From: an uncultured Campylobacter sp.
GTDB lineage: Bacteria; Campylobacterota; Campylobacteria; Campylobacterales; Campylobacteraceae
DNA length: 52,971 bases
Reading direction: 5' to 3'
Assembly (NCBI RefSeq): GCF_938045595.1
Contig: NZ_CALIBB010000123.1
Coordinates: 1 to 52,971, forward strand
Position 1 is the stretch's first letter, and each line of letters opens with the position of its first letter. The position numbers and the translations under genes were made by a program. This document shows positions 38,713 to 48,345 of the stretch, one piece after another. The notes beneath the pieces are model-generated. The model saw only the letters and a program-made list of their open reading frames with translations. It was not told the DNA's origin and ran no database searches.

Positions 38713-41666
38713 TAGCGCGCATCCTTTCTTGCTTCTTGTTGCGCGCCTTGCCTTTCGCGCTCTATCATAGTCGCTTTTAGGCTACGCAGACGGATCTTAA
38801 CCGCACCTAGGTTCGTAACCTCGTCGATTTTAAGTTGAGTGTAAATTTTACCGTTTTGGCGCAGTATGTCGCGCACCTCGTCGCCCGTGATCGCGTCGAT
38901 CCCGCAGCCAAAGCTGACTAGCTGCACCAGCTGCATGCGCGGGTATTTACAAACAAACCGCGCCGCGCTATAAAGCCTGGCGTGGTAGGTCCATTGATTT
39001 AGCGATTTCGTGCGCACCTGCGTCAAAGGCAGCGAATCCTCGCTAAGCACTATAAAGCCCAAGGAATTTAGATAGCGATCGATGCCGTGGTTGATCGTCT
39101 TGTCGATATGATACGGACGACCCGCTAGCACAATGGCGCTGGCACCGCTACTTTGTATCTCTTTTAGGGTCTCCTCGCCTTTTATTAAAACAGTATTTTT
39201 ATAGTTTTGTAGCTCCTTAAGGCCTTGCAAGACGGCGTTTTTCACGGCGTCAGAATGAAATTTATACCCGGCGTTCGCGAGCTCAGCCTGCATCGTTTTG
39301 CAAAACGAATCTTGCATATTAAGATCCACGTGCGGGTAGAGGAATTTTTTCTCCTCCAGCGCGCCTACGTTCGCGCGTATCAGTTCGGGATAGTATGCGA
39401 CTACGGGGCAGTTGTAGCAGTTCTCGCTGATATTTTCATCCAGGCTATAGCTCATACACGGATAGAAGATAAAATCGACGCTCTTATTTAGCAGATCGTA
39501 GATGTGGCCGTGCACGCTTTTAGCCGGGTAGCAGACGGTATCGCTCGGGATGCTTTGGCTTGCTAAAAACAACGTCTCTTTTCGCGGCTTTTGCGACAGC
39601 ACGACGCTCATGCCTAAATTTTCAAAAAACGCGCTCCAAAACGGGATCATCTCAAACATATTCAAAACAAACGGAATTCCGACCCGCGGCGCATCCTGCT
39701 TCGGAGGCTTGCGATATTTTCGCAAAAGCTCGTTTTTAAATTCGAATAAATTCGTAATGTCGTGGCGAATCTCTTTGCCCGCGCCGCGCTCGCATTTATT
39801 GCCCGAGACAAATTTAGTATCGCCGAAGTAGCTGATCGTAAGCGGGCATTTGTTCGTGCAGAGCTTGCAGACGCTAAATTCGCTGCGATGAGTGAAATTT
39901 TCAAGCTCTGCACGACTGATCATATCGGTGCGCTCGTTTGCGTTATTTTTGGCAAAAAGCGCCGCGCCGTATGCACCCATAAGCTCGCTGATATCTAGAC
40001 GGATCACGTCCTTGCCAAGCTCTTTTTCAAAAGCGCGCAGCACAGCGTTGTTTAAAAAGGTACCGCCCTGCACTACGATGTTTTGACCCAAATCGTCGGC
40101 GTTTCGCACGCGGATAACCTTGTAAATCGCATTTTTTATGACGCTAATAGCAAGTCCAGCGCTGATATCCTCGATCGTAGCGCCGTCTTTTTGAGCCTGC
40201 TTGACCGAAGAGTTCATAAAAACCGTGCAGCGGCTACCAAGCTTGGCGGGATGGGTCGCAAAAAGGGCTAAATTCGCAAAATCTTTGATATCGTAGCCTA
40301 AAGAATTTGAAAAGGTCTGTAAAAACGAGCCGCAGCCCGAGCTACATGCCTCATTTAGCACGATAGAATCGATATTGCCATCTTTAATGGAGAAACACTT
40401 GATGTCCTGCCCGCCGATGTCGATGATAAAATCTACTTTCGGATTGAAGTGGCGCGCAGCGCTGTAATGCGCGATCGTCTCGACGATACCGTAATCGAAG
40501 CGAAAGGCGGTTTTAATGAGATCCTCGCCGTAGCCGGTAACGCCGCTGCCCTTGATCTTGATGCGACCCTCGCAAAGATCGTATAGTTCCTTAAGACGCG
40601 GCAGTAGGATATCGACCGGATCGCCTTTATTGGATGAGTAAAATTTATACAATAGTTCGTAGTTTTCGCCCATCAACACGACCTTGATCGTAGTACTGCC
40701 ACAATCCACGCCCAAATACGCGTCTCCGCTGTAGGTGTGGATATCCACCTTAGGCACGCTCGCGCGGGCGTGGCGAGCGGTGAACTCGTCAAATTCCGCT
40801 CTGTCTTTGAAAAGCGGCGGCTCGGCTTCCAGTGCGGTCCTGTCGGGTTCCTTTTTTAAAAGCGCGATCGTCTCCTCTAAATTTAACGTCTCGCCCGTAT
40901 CTTTTGCGTACAGCGCGCTGCCGTAAGCCACAAAATAAGGCGCAATGTCGGGAAACGTCGCGGTCTCGTCGGTGAGCTTTAGCACCTCTTTAAAGCGCGC
41001 CTGAAGACCTTTTAGGAAAAACAACGGGCCGCCCAAAAATAAAATATTGCCCTTGACCTCGCGACCCTGCGCGAGCCCAGAAATCGTCTGCTCGACGACC
41101 GCGGCGTAGATACTAGCGCAAATATCCTCTTTTCTAACGCCCTGATTTAGTAGCGGCTGAATGTCGCTTTTAGCAAACACACCACAGCGTGAAGCGATCG
41201 GATAAATTTTACTCGCCGCAAAGCTTAGGCGATCAAGCTCCGTGATATCCAGATGCAAAAGGTTGGTCATCTGATCGATAAATGCACCGGTGCCGCCCGC
41301 GCACGAGCCGTTCATCCGCTCCTCAAGTCCGCCCGTGAGAAATAAAATTTTAGCATCCTCGCCGCCCAGCTCGATGACGACGTCGGTCTTCGGAAACATC
41401 CGTTTGACGCCGAGCGAGGTAGCAAAAACCTCCTGGACGAACGGAATTTTACAATTTTTGGCGATACCCATACCAGCCGAACCCGCTATGGCGACACTGA
41501 ATTGCTCGCCTGCATAGGTTTTTTGGATTTGCAAAATTTTATCCAGCACCAGCTCTTTGGGCTTTGCCAAATGCCGCTCGTAGCTCTTGCTTAAAATTTC
41601 ATATTTTTCGTTTAAAACTACCGTTTTAACAGTGGTTGATCCTACGTCAATGCCTAAAAAAATCAC
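38712..41666 (-). CDS. CoA-substrate-specific enzyme activase: two BadF/BadG/BcrA/BcrD ATPase domains plus a DUF2229-like domain
   Basis: GIDVGSTTVK and GVDCGSTTIK, ELGGEDAK and DIGGQDIK, MNGSCAGGTG and LNEACSSGCG, RCGVF and RCTVF; C-terminal CYPAK and SFGCGID. Confidence 0.9.
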   Translation of the reverse strand: MIFLGIDVGSTTVKTVVLNEKYEILSKSYERHLAKPKELVLDKILQIQKTYAGEQFSVAIAGSAGMGIAKNCKIPFVQEVFATSLGVKRMFPKTDVVIELGGEDAKILFLTGGLEERMNGSCAGGTGAFIDQMTNLLHLDITELDRLSFAASKIYPIASRCGVFAKSDIQPLLNQGVRKEDICASIYAAVVEQTISGLAQGREVKGNILFLGGPLFFLKGLQARFKEVLKLTDETATFPDIAPYFVAYGSALYAKDTGETLNLEETIALLKKEPDRTALEAEPPLFKDRAEFDEFTARHARASVPKVDIHTYSGDAYLGVDCGSTTIKVVLMGENYELLYKFYSSNKGDPVDILLPRLKELYDLCEGRIKIKGSGVTGYGEDLIKTAFRFDYGIVETIAHYSAARHFNPKVDFIIDIGGQDIKCFSIKDGNIDSIVLNEACSSGCGSFLQTFSNSLGYDIKDFANLALFATHPAKLGSRCTVFMNSSVKQAQKDGATIEDISAGLAISVIKNAIYKVIRVRNADDLGQNIVVQGGTFLNNAVLRAFEKELGKDVIRLDISELMGAYGAALFAKNNANERTDMISRAELENFTHRSEFSVCKLCTNKCPLTISYFGDTKFVSGNKCERGAGKEIRHDITNLFEFKNELLRKYRKPPKQDAPRVGIPFVLNMFEMIPFWSAFFENLGMSVVLSQKPRKETLFLASQSIPSDTVCYPAKSVHGHIYDLLNKSVDFIFYPCMSYSLDENISENCYNCPVVAYYPELIRANVGALEEKKFLYPHVDLNMQDSFCKTMQAELANAGYKFHSDAVKNAVLQGLKELQNYKNTVLIKGEETLKEIQSSGASAIVLAGRPYHIDKTINHGIDRYLNSLGFIVLSEDSLPLTQVRTKSLNQWTYHARLYSAARFVCKYPRMQLVQLVSFGCGIDAITGDEVRDILRQNGKIYTQLKIDEVTNLGAVKIRLRSLKATMIERERQGAQQEARKDAR

Positions 41667-41885
41667 ATCTCGCTCTTTACTGAATAAATTTTACTCGGCC
41701 GAATTCTCAAATTTAGCGCGAGTTTTCTAAATTAAAATTTGCATTTTATAGTAATATTTTTAAACGCAAATAAAATCAGGATATATTTTATCTTTTTCTA
41801 TAGAAAAAGACGATTTTTAGGCAGTTTAAAATTAAAAATTTTAATGGAAAAGTTGTAAAATTTTAGATTTAATGCGAGTAGATTT

Positions 41886-41913
41886 TGCGCGAAATTTTTT
41901 AAAATCTCGCGCA
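41886..41913 (-). terminator. Hairpin downstream of rplS
   Basis: TGCGCGAAATTTT..AAAATCTCGCGCA inverted repeat. Confidence 0.55.
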
Positions 41914-41960
41914 TTATAAAAAGAGCTTCCTTTTGAATTAAGAAGCGTAAATTTAAAGGA

Positions 41961-42317
41961 TTATTTTCGAAGCTCTTTGATTTTAGCCGCTTTACCGCGT
42001 CTGTCGCGTAGGTAAAATAGCTTCGCGCGGCGAACGCGACCTTTTCTTAGAACTTCGATATTTTCGATACTCTCGCTGTAGATTGGGAAAATTCTCTCTA
42101 CGCCGACGCTATTTGCGCCAATCTTGCGGATGATAAAAGTCTCGCTGACGCCGTTTCCGCGGCGCGCAATGCAGGTGCCTTCAAAATTTTGAATCCTGCT
42201 CTTATCGCCCTCTTTGATCCTGATGGCTACCTTTAAGGTGTCGCCGGCACGGAAATCAGGCACACTTTTGCTTGTGATCTGAGCGTCCTCAAACGCTTGG
42301 ATATATTTGTTTTTCAT
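41961..42317 (-). CDS. rplS: 50S ribosomal protein L19
   Basis: [15 protein letters not shown] and [12 protein letters not shown] motifs. Confidence 0.98.
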   Translation of the reverse strand: MKNKYIQAFEDAQITSKSVPDFRAGDTLKVAIRIKEGDKSRIQNFEGTCIARRGNGVSETFIIRKIGANSVGVERIFPIYSESIENIEVLRKGRVRRAKLFYLRDRRGKAAKIKELRK

Positions 42318-43015
42318 AAATTTCCTTTATTTCTGGCGATCTTTCGGTACATATCCGGGCGGAAGAACCTCGTTTTGCATAGCGCCATTTGATTTTTTAA
42401 ACTGCGCATTTTAGCGTGATTACCCTTTAAAAACTCTGAAACTATAGGTAAATTTTCAAAAATATCAGGCTTTGTAAATGCAGGCGCCTCTAAAATTCCG
42501 CCTTCAAAGCTTTCTTCGACAAGCGAGCTTTCGTTGCCTAAAACGCCCTTTATGTTGCGGCTTATCGCATCGCACATACAAAGCGCGCCGAGCTCGCCGC
42601 CGGTAAGAACGAAATCGCCGATACAAAAAATTTCATCTACATATCTCTCGACTATGCGCTCATCGATCCCTTCGTAGCGCCCGCAGATAAAGCATAAGCT
42701 CTCTTCGCCGCTTAGGCGTTTGGCGTCGTTTTGATTAAATTTTTTACCGGCGGGCGAGAGGTAGATAAACTTGGCGTTTTTAAATTTAGCTCTTACGCGT
42801 TCGATCGTTCCGGCAAGCGGCTCCGTGCCGATCAAAAGCCCCGCACCGCCGCCGATCATATAATCATCTACCTTTTTATACCGATTTGTCGTGAAATTTC
42901 GCGGGTTAAAAAAATGCGTCGCAATTATTTTATTATCGACCGCGCGCTTTAAAATAGAGTCCTCAAAATACGGCGCGATGAGATTTTCAAATAGAGAGAT
43001 GAAGATAAAATTCAT
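42314..43015 (-). CDS. trmD: tRNA (guanine37-N1)-methyltransferase
   Basis: [18 protein letters not shown] and [10 protein letters not shown] motifs. Confidence 0.97.
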   Translation of the reverse strand: MNFIFISLFENLIAPYFEDSILKRAVDNKIIATHFFNPRNFTTNRYKKVDDYMIGGGAGLLIGTEPLAGTIERVRAKFKNAKFIYLSPAGKKFNQNDAKRLSGEESLCFICGRYEGIDERIVERYVDEIFCIGDFVLTGGELGALCMCDAISRNIKGVLGNESSLVEESFEGGILEAPAFTKPDIFENLPIVSEFLKGNHAKMRSLKNQMALCKTRFFRPDMYRKIARNKGNL

Positions 43016-43542
43016 GAGTTTTCCAAAATCGCGCGCGCATTTTGTGTAAAAATTTTACGCTCGCTAAGCGAAATTTCTTTCACATAGGCGTCTACGTAGG
43101 GGATGAAAAATTCTTTCGGCAAAGCCTGCGAGATTAAGCTTTCATCCGTTTCTATCTCAAAAAGATAACCGCTTCCGATCTGCGATATGTCCTTTACGCG
43201 CCCTAAAATCGCGCCGTCTTCATAAATTTCAAGCCCGATAATATCGAAATAGAAAAACTCGCCCTTTTGCAATTTACAAAATTTTCGCGTGTCCTCTTTG
43301 CTTCGGTAAAGGATTTGGTTGGTTAAATTTGCCGCCGCTTCTACGCTTTCGTAATTTTTAAAAATAGCGCTAAAGTTTGCGCCGTTAAAAGATAGAATTT
43401 CTAAAATTTCGCCGTTTCGCAGATAAAATTTGGTGCCTTTTTTAAACTGAGAGGGGAAGTCGCTGCGATCGAAAATTTTAACCGCGCCCTTTAGACCGAT
43501 AGTCCGACCAAGCTTCGCGACCTCTAAAAGATCATCAGGCAT
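43012..43542 (-). CDS. rimM: Ribosome maturation factor RimM
   Basis: [21 protein letters not shown] and FFIPYV motifs; rpsP operon context. Confidence 0.95.
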   Translation of the reverse strand: MPDDLLEVAKLGRTIGLKGAVKIFDRSDFPSQFKKGTKFYLRNGEILEILSFNGANFSAIFKNYESVEAAANLTNQILYRSKEDTRKFCKLQKGEFFYFDIIGLEIYEDGAILGRVKDISQIGSGYLFEIETDESLISQALPKEFFIPYVDAYVKEISLSERKIFTQNARAILENS

Positions 43543-43777
43543 CTTTGGCTTTGACGGTAATTTTATAATTGATCGGATCTTTTGCTTTATAGCCGATGAT
43601 GACGGTCTTTATGGCGTTTATCATTTTGCCGTCCTTGCCGATGAGTTTGCCGGTATCGGCTTTGTCGGCATAGACGATGATCTCGGTAAAGTTCTCACCG
43701 ACCCGCTTTTGCGTAGAGACGGACTGCGGATAGTCGGCGATCAACTTTGCGTATTCTTTTATAAAATTTTCTACCAT
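43535..43777 (-). CDS. khpA: KH domain RNA-binding protein
   Basis: DTGKLIGKDGKMINAIK; lies between rpsP and rimM. Confidence 0.9.
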   Translation of the reverse strand: MVENFIKEYAKLIADYPQSVSTQKRVGENFTEIIVYADKADTGKLIGKDGKMINAIKTVIIGYKAKDPINYKITVKAKDA

Positions 43778-43778
43778 T

Positions 43779-44009
43779 TTATTTGCTTGTGATTTGAGCG
43801 ACCCTATCGCTTAACTTCGCGCCTACGCTCTTCCAGTACGCCAAACGCTCCGCGTCGAATTTAATATTATCGCTCTCTTTTAACGGGTTATAAAAGCCGA
43901 TCGTCTCGATAAAGCCGCCGTCGCGTCTTTTTCTGCTATCCGTTACCACGATGCGGTAAAAAGGCTGCTTCTTTCTTCCGATTCTTGTAAGCCTAACAAC
44001 TGTTGCCAT
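43779..44009 (-). CDS. rpsP: 30S ribosomal protein S16
   Basis: [26 protein letters not shown]. Confidence 0.98.
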   Translation of the reverse strand: MATVVRLTRIGRKKQPFYRIVVTDSRKRRDGGFIETIGFYNPLKESDNIKFDAERLAYWKSVGAKLSDRVAQITSK

Positions 44010-44087
44010 TTTTTCTCCTTAAATTTTTGTAAGTTTTAGAACTTGCAGATGGCTAAAACTTAAACATCTGCAAACTCTACCGAGAAA

Positions 44088-45428
44088 TTATCTCGGTAAA
44101 TTTTGCCTTTGAGCGATCGAGGCAAGCCCCTGCATGCCGCCCTTGCCTGAAAATTTCTTTGCAAGCTTCGAAGCGCCCGCGAACTGCTTCAAAAAGCGGT
44201 TCACCTCCACCTGCGAAAGCCCCGCGCCAGCAGCAAGTCTGCGCTTACGCGAATTATTTAGCAGATCGGGATTTTCGCGCTCTTTCGGCGTCATAGAGCT
44301 GATCATCGCTTTGATATGAAGTATCTCTTTTGAGTTTTCCAAATCGATATCTTTTATCTTATTCGCCATGCCGGAAAGCCCCGGGATCATACCGATTAAA
44401 TTTTTCATATTACCGAGTTTTTTCACGCTTTCGAGCTGATTTACGAAATCGTTGAAATTAAACTCGCCCTTTTTGATCTTTTTGTTTAGAGCCTTGGCTT
44501 CTCTTTCGTCAAAGACGGCGCTTGTTTTCTCGGCTAGCGTCGCCAAATCGCCCTCGCCCATAATGCGGCCGGTGATTCTATCGGGTATAAAGCCCTCCAG
44601 ATCGACCACCTTTTCGCCGGTTCCGATAAAGCGAAGCGGGATGCCCAGCTGCTGCGCGATACCAAGGGCTACGCCGCCTTTGGTATCGGCATCAAATTTA
44701 CTTAAGATCACGCCAGTAAGGCCTAAAATTTCATCAAATTTAGCGGCCGTTTTAATGCCGTCTTGACCGCTCATAGCGTCCGCTACGTAAAAAATTTCAT
44801 GCGGATTTAGAGCTTTTTTCATCTCCGCAAGCTGCGCCATCAGCGCCTCATCAATCGCAAGACGTCCCGCCGTATCTACGAGCAGTACGTCATAAAGCCC
44901 GCTCTTAGCCTTGCTTAGCGCTTTTTCCGCAACCCTTAACGGATCGCTCTCGCCCTCGATGAAAAACAGCTCGATCTCATTCGCCTCGCACAGCTGACGG
45001 AGCTGCTCGACTGCGGCTAGGCGCTGTAAGTCGCACGCTGCGACCAAGACCTTTTTTTTACGAAGTTTCAGATAGTTTGCGAGTTTTATCGTGCTTGTGG
45101 ATTTTCCGCTTCCTTGAAGTCCCGTCATCAAAGCTACCGTAGGAGGCGTGCCGGCAAATACAAATCCCTGGCTGCTGCCTCTAGGCGCCGTTAAAATTTT
45201 AGTCAAATTTGTCTTGATGGACTGCAAAAACGGCTTCTGTCCTATCGTACCGATGCGAAGATCGGCTTCGACGAGCGCCAAAAAATCCTTTACGACTTTG
45301 TGGTGCATGTCGGCCTTTAAAAGCGCCTTTTTTAGCGTCTCCAAGGCGTTTTTTAAAGCTTTTTCGTCATCGATTGTTTTTAATTTATTGACCGCGTTTT
45401 TAAACGACTCGCTTATGATCTCAAACAC
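44088..45428 (-). CDS. ffh: Signal recognition particle protein Ffh
   Basis: GLQGSGKST, DTAGR and SKFD motifs; M domain ISSMTPKER. Confidence 0.97.
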   Translation of the reverse strand: MFEIISESFKNAVNKLKTIDDEKALKNALETLKKALLKADMHHKVVKDFLALVEADLRIGTIGQKPFLQSIKTNLTKILTAPRGSSQGFVFAGTPPTVALMTGLQGSGKSTSTIKLANYLKLRKKKVLVAACDLQRLAAVEQLRQLCEANEIELFFIEGESDPLRVAEKALSKAKSGLYDVLLVDTAGRLAIDEALMAQLAEMKKALNPHEIFYVADAMSGQDGIKTAAKFDEILGLTGVILSKFDADTKGGVALGIAQQLGIPLRFIGTGEKVVDLEGFIPDRITGRIMGEGDLATLAEKTSAVFDEREAKALNKKIKKGEFNFNDFVNQLESVKKLGNMKNLIGMIPGLSGMANKIKDIDLENSKEILHIKAMISSMTPKERENPDLLNNSRKRRLAAGAGLSQVEVNRFLKQFAGASKLAKKFSGKGGMQGLASIAQRQNLPR

Positions 45429-45494
45429 TTTGATCCCTTATAAAATTTTTAAACTTGCGATGTTACCTAAAATTAACTTAAAAGCCATTGAATA

Positions 45495-46244
45495 TCAGAG
45501 ATCCTTAGGAATTTCGAAGCCGAATTCGTTGAAGCTTGTACCTAGCGGAGCTTTAAATTTCAGCCCCAAAATCTCGGTCTCGTACGAGTGCAGAAACATC
45601 CGCTTCGCGCGGCTTTTAGCGTATTTTTCATCGCCTATTACGCCAAATCCCGCATTTGCCAGATGCACGCGGATCTGATGCGTCCTGCCCGTCTCGATCC
45701 GCACCTTTACGAGCGATTTTTTGCCGCTTACCATAAGCGGATAAACCTCGCTAAATGCGCTCTTGCCGTTTGGCGAAATTTTAGAAAACGCACCGCTTCG
45801 GGTCTTTATCGTCAAAATCGGCTCGTCAAATTTCATCTCTTCGCTCACGATCCCCTTCACGATCGCGATGTAGCTTTTCTTCACGCGCAAATTTTTAAAT
45901 TCCGCAATCGCCGCTTCGCGAAATTCTTCGTTTTTATACAGCAGCACGACGCCGCTGGTTTCCTTATCCAGGCGGTTTAGAAGGCCGAGTTTATAGATTT
46001 TTTCCAAATTTTCGCTGCTCATAAAGGGCGGCTTATTGACCGCCAAAACGTTCTCGTCCTCGTAAATGATCGCGGGTTTTGCGGGCTTCATCACGCTAAA
46101 TTTAGTATTTTCGCCGAGCATCTCGCGCGCTAGAGCGATCTTTGCGCCGCGCGCGCTCACAAGCCCCGCGTCGATGAGGACCTTGGCTTCGTTGTGTGAG
46201 ATGTTTTCCTGCGCCGCTAGCAGTTTGTAGGCTTTTTCTTGCAT
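45495..46244 (-). CDS. RluA-family RNA pseudouridine synthase
   Basis: NKPP, RLDKETSG, TGRTHQIRVH and LHS motifs. Start at MQEKAY (46244) overlaps the waaA stop. Confidence 0.92.
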   Translation of the reverse strand: MQEKAYKLLAAQENISHNEAKVLIDAGLVSARGAKIALAREMLGENTKFSVMKPAKPAIIYEDENVLAVNKPPFMSSENLEKIYKLGLLNRLDKETSGVVLLYKNEEFREAAIAEFKNLRVKKSYIAIVKGIVSEEMKFDEPILTIKTRSGAFSKISPNGKSAFSEVYPLMVSGKKSLVKVRIETGRTHQIRVHLANAGFGVIGDEKYAKSRAKRMFLHSYETEILGLKFKAPLGTSFNEFGFEIPKDL

Positions 46245-47632
46245 TAAATTCTTTCCTTGATTAAATTTTCTATCTCTTGCAGATCGCAAATTTTATCTAT
46301 CCGCGTGCCCTTTAGCGGCTCTTTTAAAGCGCTTGAAATTTCGTTCGCGCCGCACAGAGCGATGTTTTGCACGAGCGCATACAGCGCCTTTTGATTATGA
46401 AAAAATCGCCCGCTGATGATCGGCACGCCAAAGCTCGCTGCCTCGATCGGGCTATGTCCGCCGATATTGCGCAAAAAACTGCCGCCTAAGATCACGACGT
46501 TTGAAATTTTATAAAAGTTCGCTAGCTCCCCGAAGGCATCGAGCAAGATAAAATCGCTCCCAAGCCCTGCGCCGTCGCTAAACCGCTCAAAGCTAAGCCC
46601 ATGCTCACGCGCCCAAATCTCACAAATTTCATGTACCTTTTCAAAGCGCTCCGGATGTCTCGGCGCCAGGATGATTTTTAGCTTTTGCGGCGCGGCAGTC
46701 GAAGACGTCGTATTCGGTGCGGTAGAATTTAAAGACGCGCCGTTTAAAGGCGCCGTATTCGGCACAGCAGACGAAGCGTCGCTTGGAATAGCCGCATCCA
46801 AAGAAGCTGCGTTTAAATTTACCGGCTCAGTCGAGCCCGTTTCGTCGCGAAGCTCAGCCCCAGGCAAGCTCTTATCACCATGAGAGCCCGTTGTGCGCGG
46901 GTATTTTTCGAGAGTATTCTGCGAGCTGCGAAATTTTATAAAATCGTTTAAATTCGATAAAACGAGCTCCTCTTCGCCCTCGTGAGTGTTTGAGATCGTG
47001 AGCACAAAGCTATTTGCGACCGCGGCGGAATAGTCCTTCGTCGCAACGGCGATATTTGCGCTTTTTACGTTGCCCGCGACCTTTATATTTTTTGCGCCGA
47101 TCTCCCGCAGCCGCGCCGCATCAAGTTCGCTTTGCGCAAGCACCAGATCGATATTTTCAAACGCTTTGCGATAATAAAGCTTAAAGCGCAGATAACTCGC
47201 GTACGAGCGGTCGCTAATGCGCGCGTTTAGCAGGACGACGTAGCTTCCGCGCGATTTAGCGGAACGGATCAAATTTAGCCACAGCTCCGCTTCAAAAATC
47301 ACCAGCACGCGGCTGCCCACAAGCCAAAACGGAAGCCAGTTTTCAAACGGCAGGTAGCGAGAGTTCGGCGTAAGCGCGCACGCCGCACCGAAGCCCGTCT
47401 GCGTGGTCGTGCTAAGCGCGACGCTCTCAAATTTAGAAATTAGCGGCGCAAGAGCGTTTACTTCGCCCAGGCTGCAGGCGTGAAAGTGCACCGCAGCGGG
47501 GCTAAATTTAGGGTTTTTGTATAGAAAAAATCGCGCCTTCAGGCTCGTGCGGTATTTTTTTTTAAAGCTTAGGATAAAAATAAAAGGCGCAGCGACGAGC
47601 CACGCCAAAAACGCCAAGGCGGTGTAGATCAC
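46244..47632 (-). CDS. waaA: 3-deoxy-D-manno-octulosonic acid (Kdo) transferase with an internal insertion
   Basis: HACSLGE, EAELW, NARISDRS, THEGEE, APRHPERF and GGHSPIE motifs. Confidence 0.94.
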   Translation of the reverse strand: MIYTALAFLAWLVAAPFIFILSFKKKYRTSLKARFFLYKNPKFSPAAVHFHACSLGEVNALAPLISKFESVALSTTTQTGFGAACALTPNSRYLPFENWLPFWLVGSRVLVIFEAELWLNLIRSAKSRGSYVVLLNARISDRSYASYLRFKLYYRKAFENIDLVLAQSELDAARLREIGAKNIKVAGNVKSANIAVATKDYSAAVANSFVLTISNTHEGEEELVLSNLNDFIKFRSSQNTLEKYPRTTGSHGDKSLPGAELRDETGSTEPVNLNAASLDAAIPSDASSAVPNTAPLNGASLNSTAPNTTSSTAAPQKLKIILAPRHPERFEKVHEICEIWAREHGLSFERFSDGAGLGSDFILLDAFGELANFYKISNVVILGGSFLRNIGGHSPIEAASFGVPIISGRFFHNQKALYALVQNIALCGANEISSALKEPLKGTRIDKICDLQEIENLIKERI

Positions 47633-48336
47633 TCGGCTTCTTTATATAAAATTCTGCCGCAATACGGGCAGGTTACGATGTCGTCGCTTTTGATGACCGC
47701 GGAATAGGTCTTGTCGCTTATGCGCATAAAGCAGCCATAGCAGGCCTGTTTACGCACCGGCGAGACCGCCGTATTGCCCGCCCACTTGCGGATCTTTTCG
47801 TAGAATGAGACGGTTTTTGGGTTCATCGCCTGCATTAGCTTATCGCGCTTGGCGTAGATCGCGCCGCGTGCGACCTCGACCTCGCCCATCTCGGCACTTA
47901 CCTGCTCCTGCAAGCTTTTTAGCTCAGCTTCAAACGCCTCTTGCTTTTCGCTCTGCTCTTTTACGAGCGCTTCCTTTGCGGCTACGATCTTTTCTAGCCT
48001 TTCGATCTCCTCGTTTGTGGCCTCGAGCTGCTCTTTTGCGATATCCTCTTCGACGCTAAGAGCTTTGATCTCCTTTTCGGTTTTTGCGGCGCCGCTTTTT
48101 TTGCCCGTGCTTTTTAACTTGGACGAAAAGGCGCTCAGCTGCGCGTTTGCTTGTAAAATTTGAGATTTTAGCTCTGCGATCTCCGCATTTAGAGTTTCGA
48201 TCTGTTCTTTTGCGCCGTTTATTTCAGTGCTTTTTTTACTCAGCTTCTCCTGTGCGGCCTCGATTTTAGGCTTAAACCCGTCCAGCTGCTTATCGAATTC
48301 GCAAAGCTCTACCAATTGGCTTAAATATTTGTTCAT
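47629..48336 (-). CDS. Coiled-coil protein with a C4-type zinc ribbon
   Basis: Long coiled coil; CYGC...CPYCGRILY. Confidence 0.9.
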   Translation of the reverse strand: MNKYLSQLVELCEFDKQLDGFKPKIEAAQEKLSKKSTEINGAKEQIETLNAEIAELKSQILQANAQLSAFSSKLKSTGKKSGAAKTEKEIKALSVEEDIAKEQLEATNEEIERLEKIVAAKEALVKEQSEKQEAFEAELKSLQEQVSAEMGEVEVARGAIYAKRDKLMQAMNPKTVSFYEKIRKWAGNTAVSPVRKQACYGCFMRISDKTYSAVIKSDDIVTCPYCGRILYKEAE

Positions 48337-48345
48337 CTTCTTCCT

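Noticed and set aside
36440..41950. Integrative element or prophage at tRNA-Ser
   Set aside because: No integrase, and I found no duplicate of the tRNA 3' end (attR) by eye.
45051..45059. Homopolymer tracts as phase-variation sites
   Set aside because: Only short A/T runs encoding Lys stretches in ordinary genes; no long poly-G/C tract of the Campylobacter contingency type was seen.
46684..46945. Intein or IS/MITE as the source of the WaaA and Lon insertions
   Set aside because: No intein splice motifs (N-terminal C/S, C-terminal HN), terminal inverted repeats or target-site duplications are visible.
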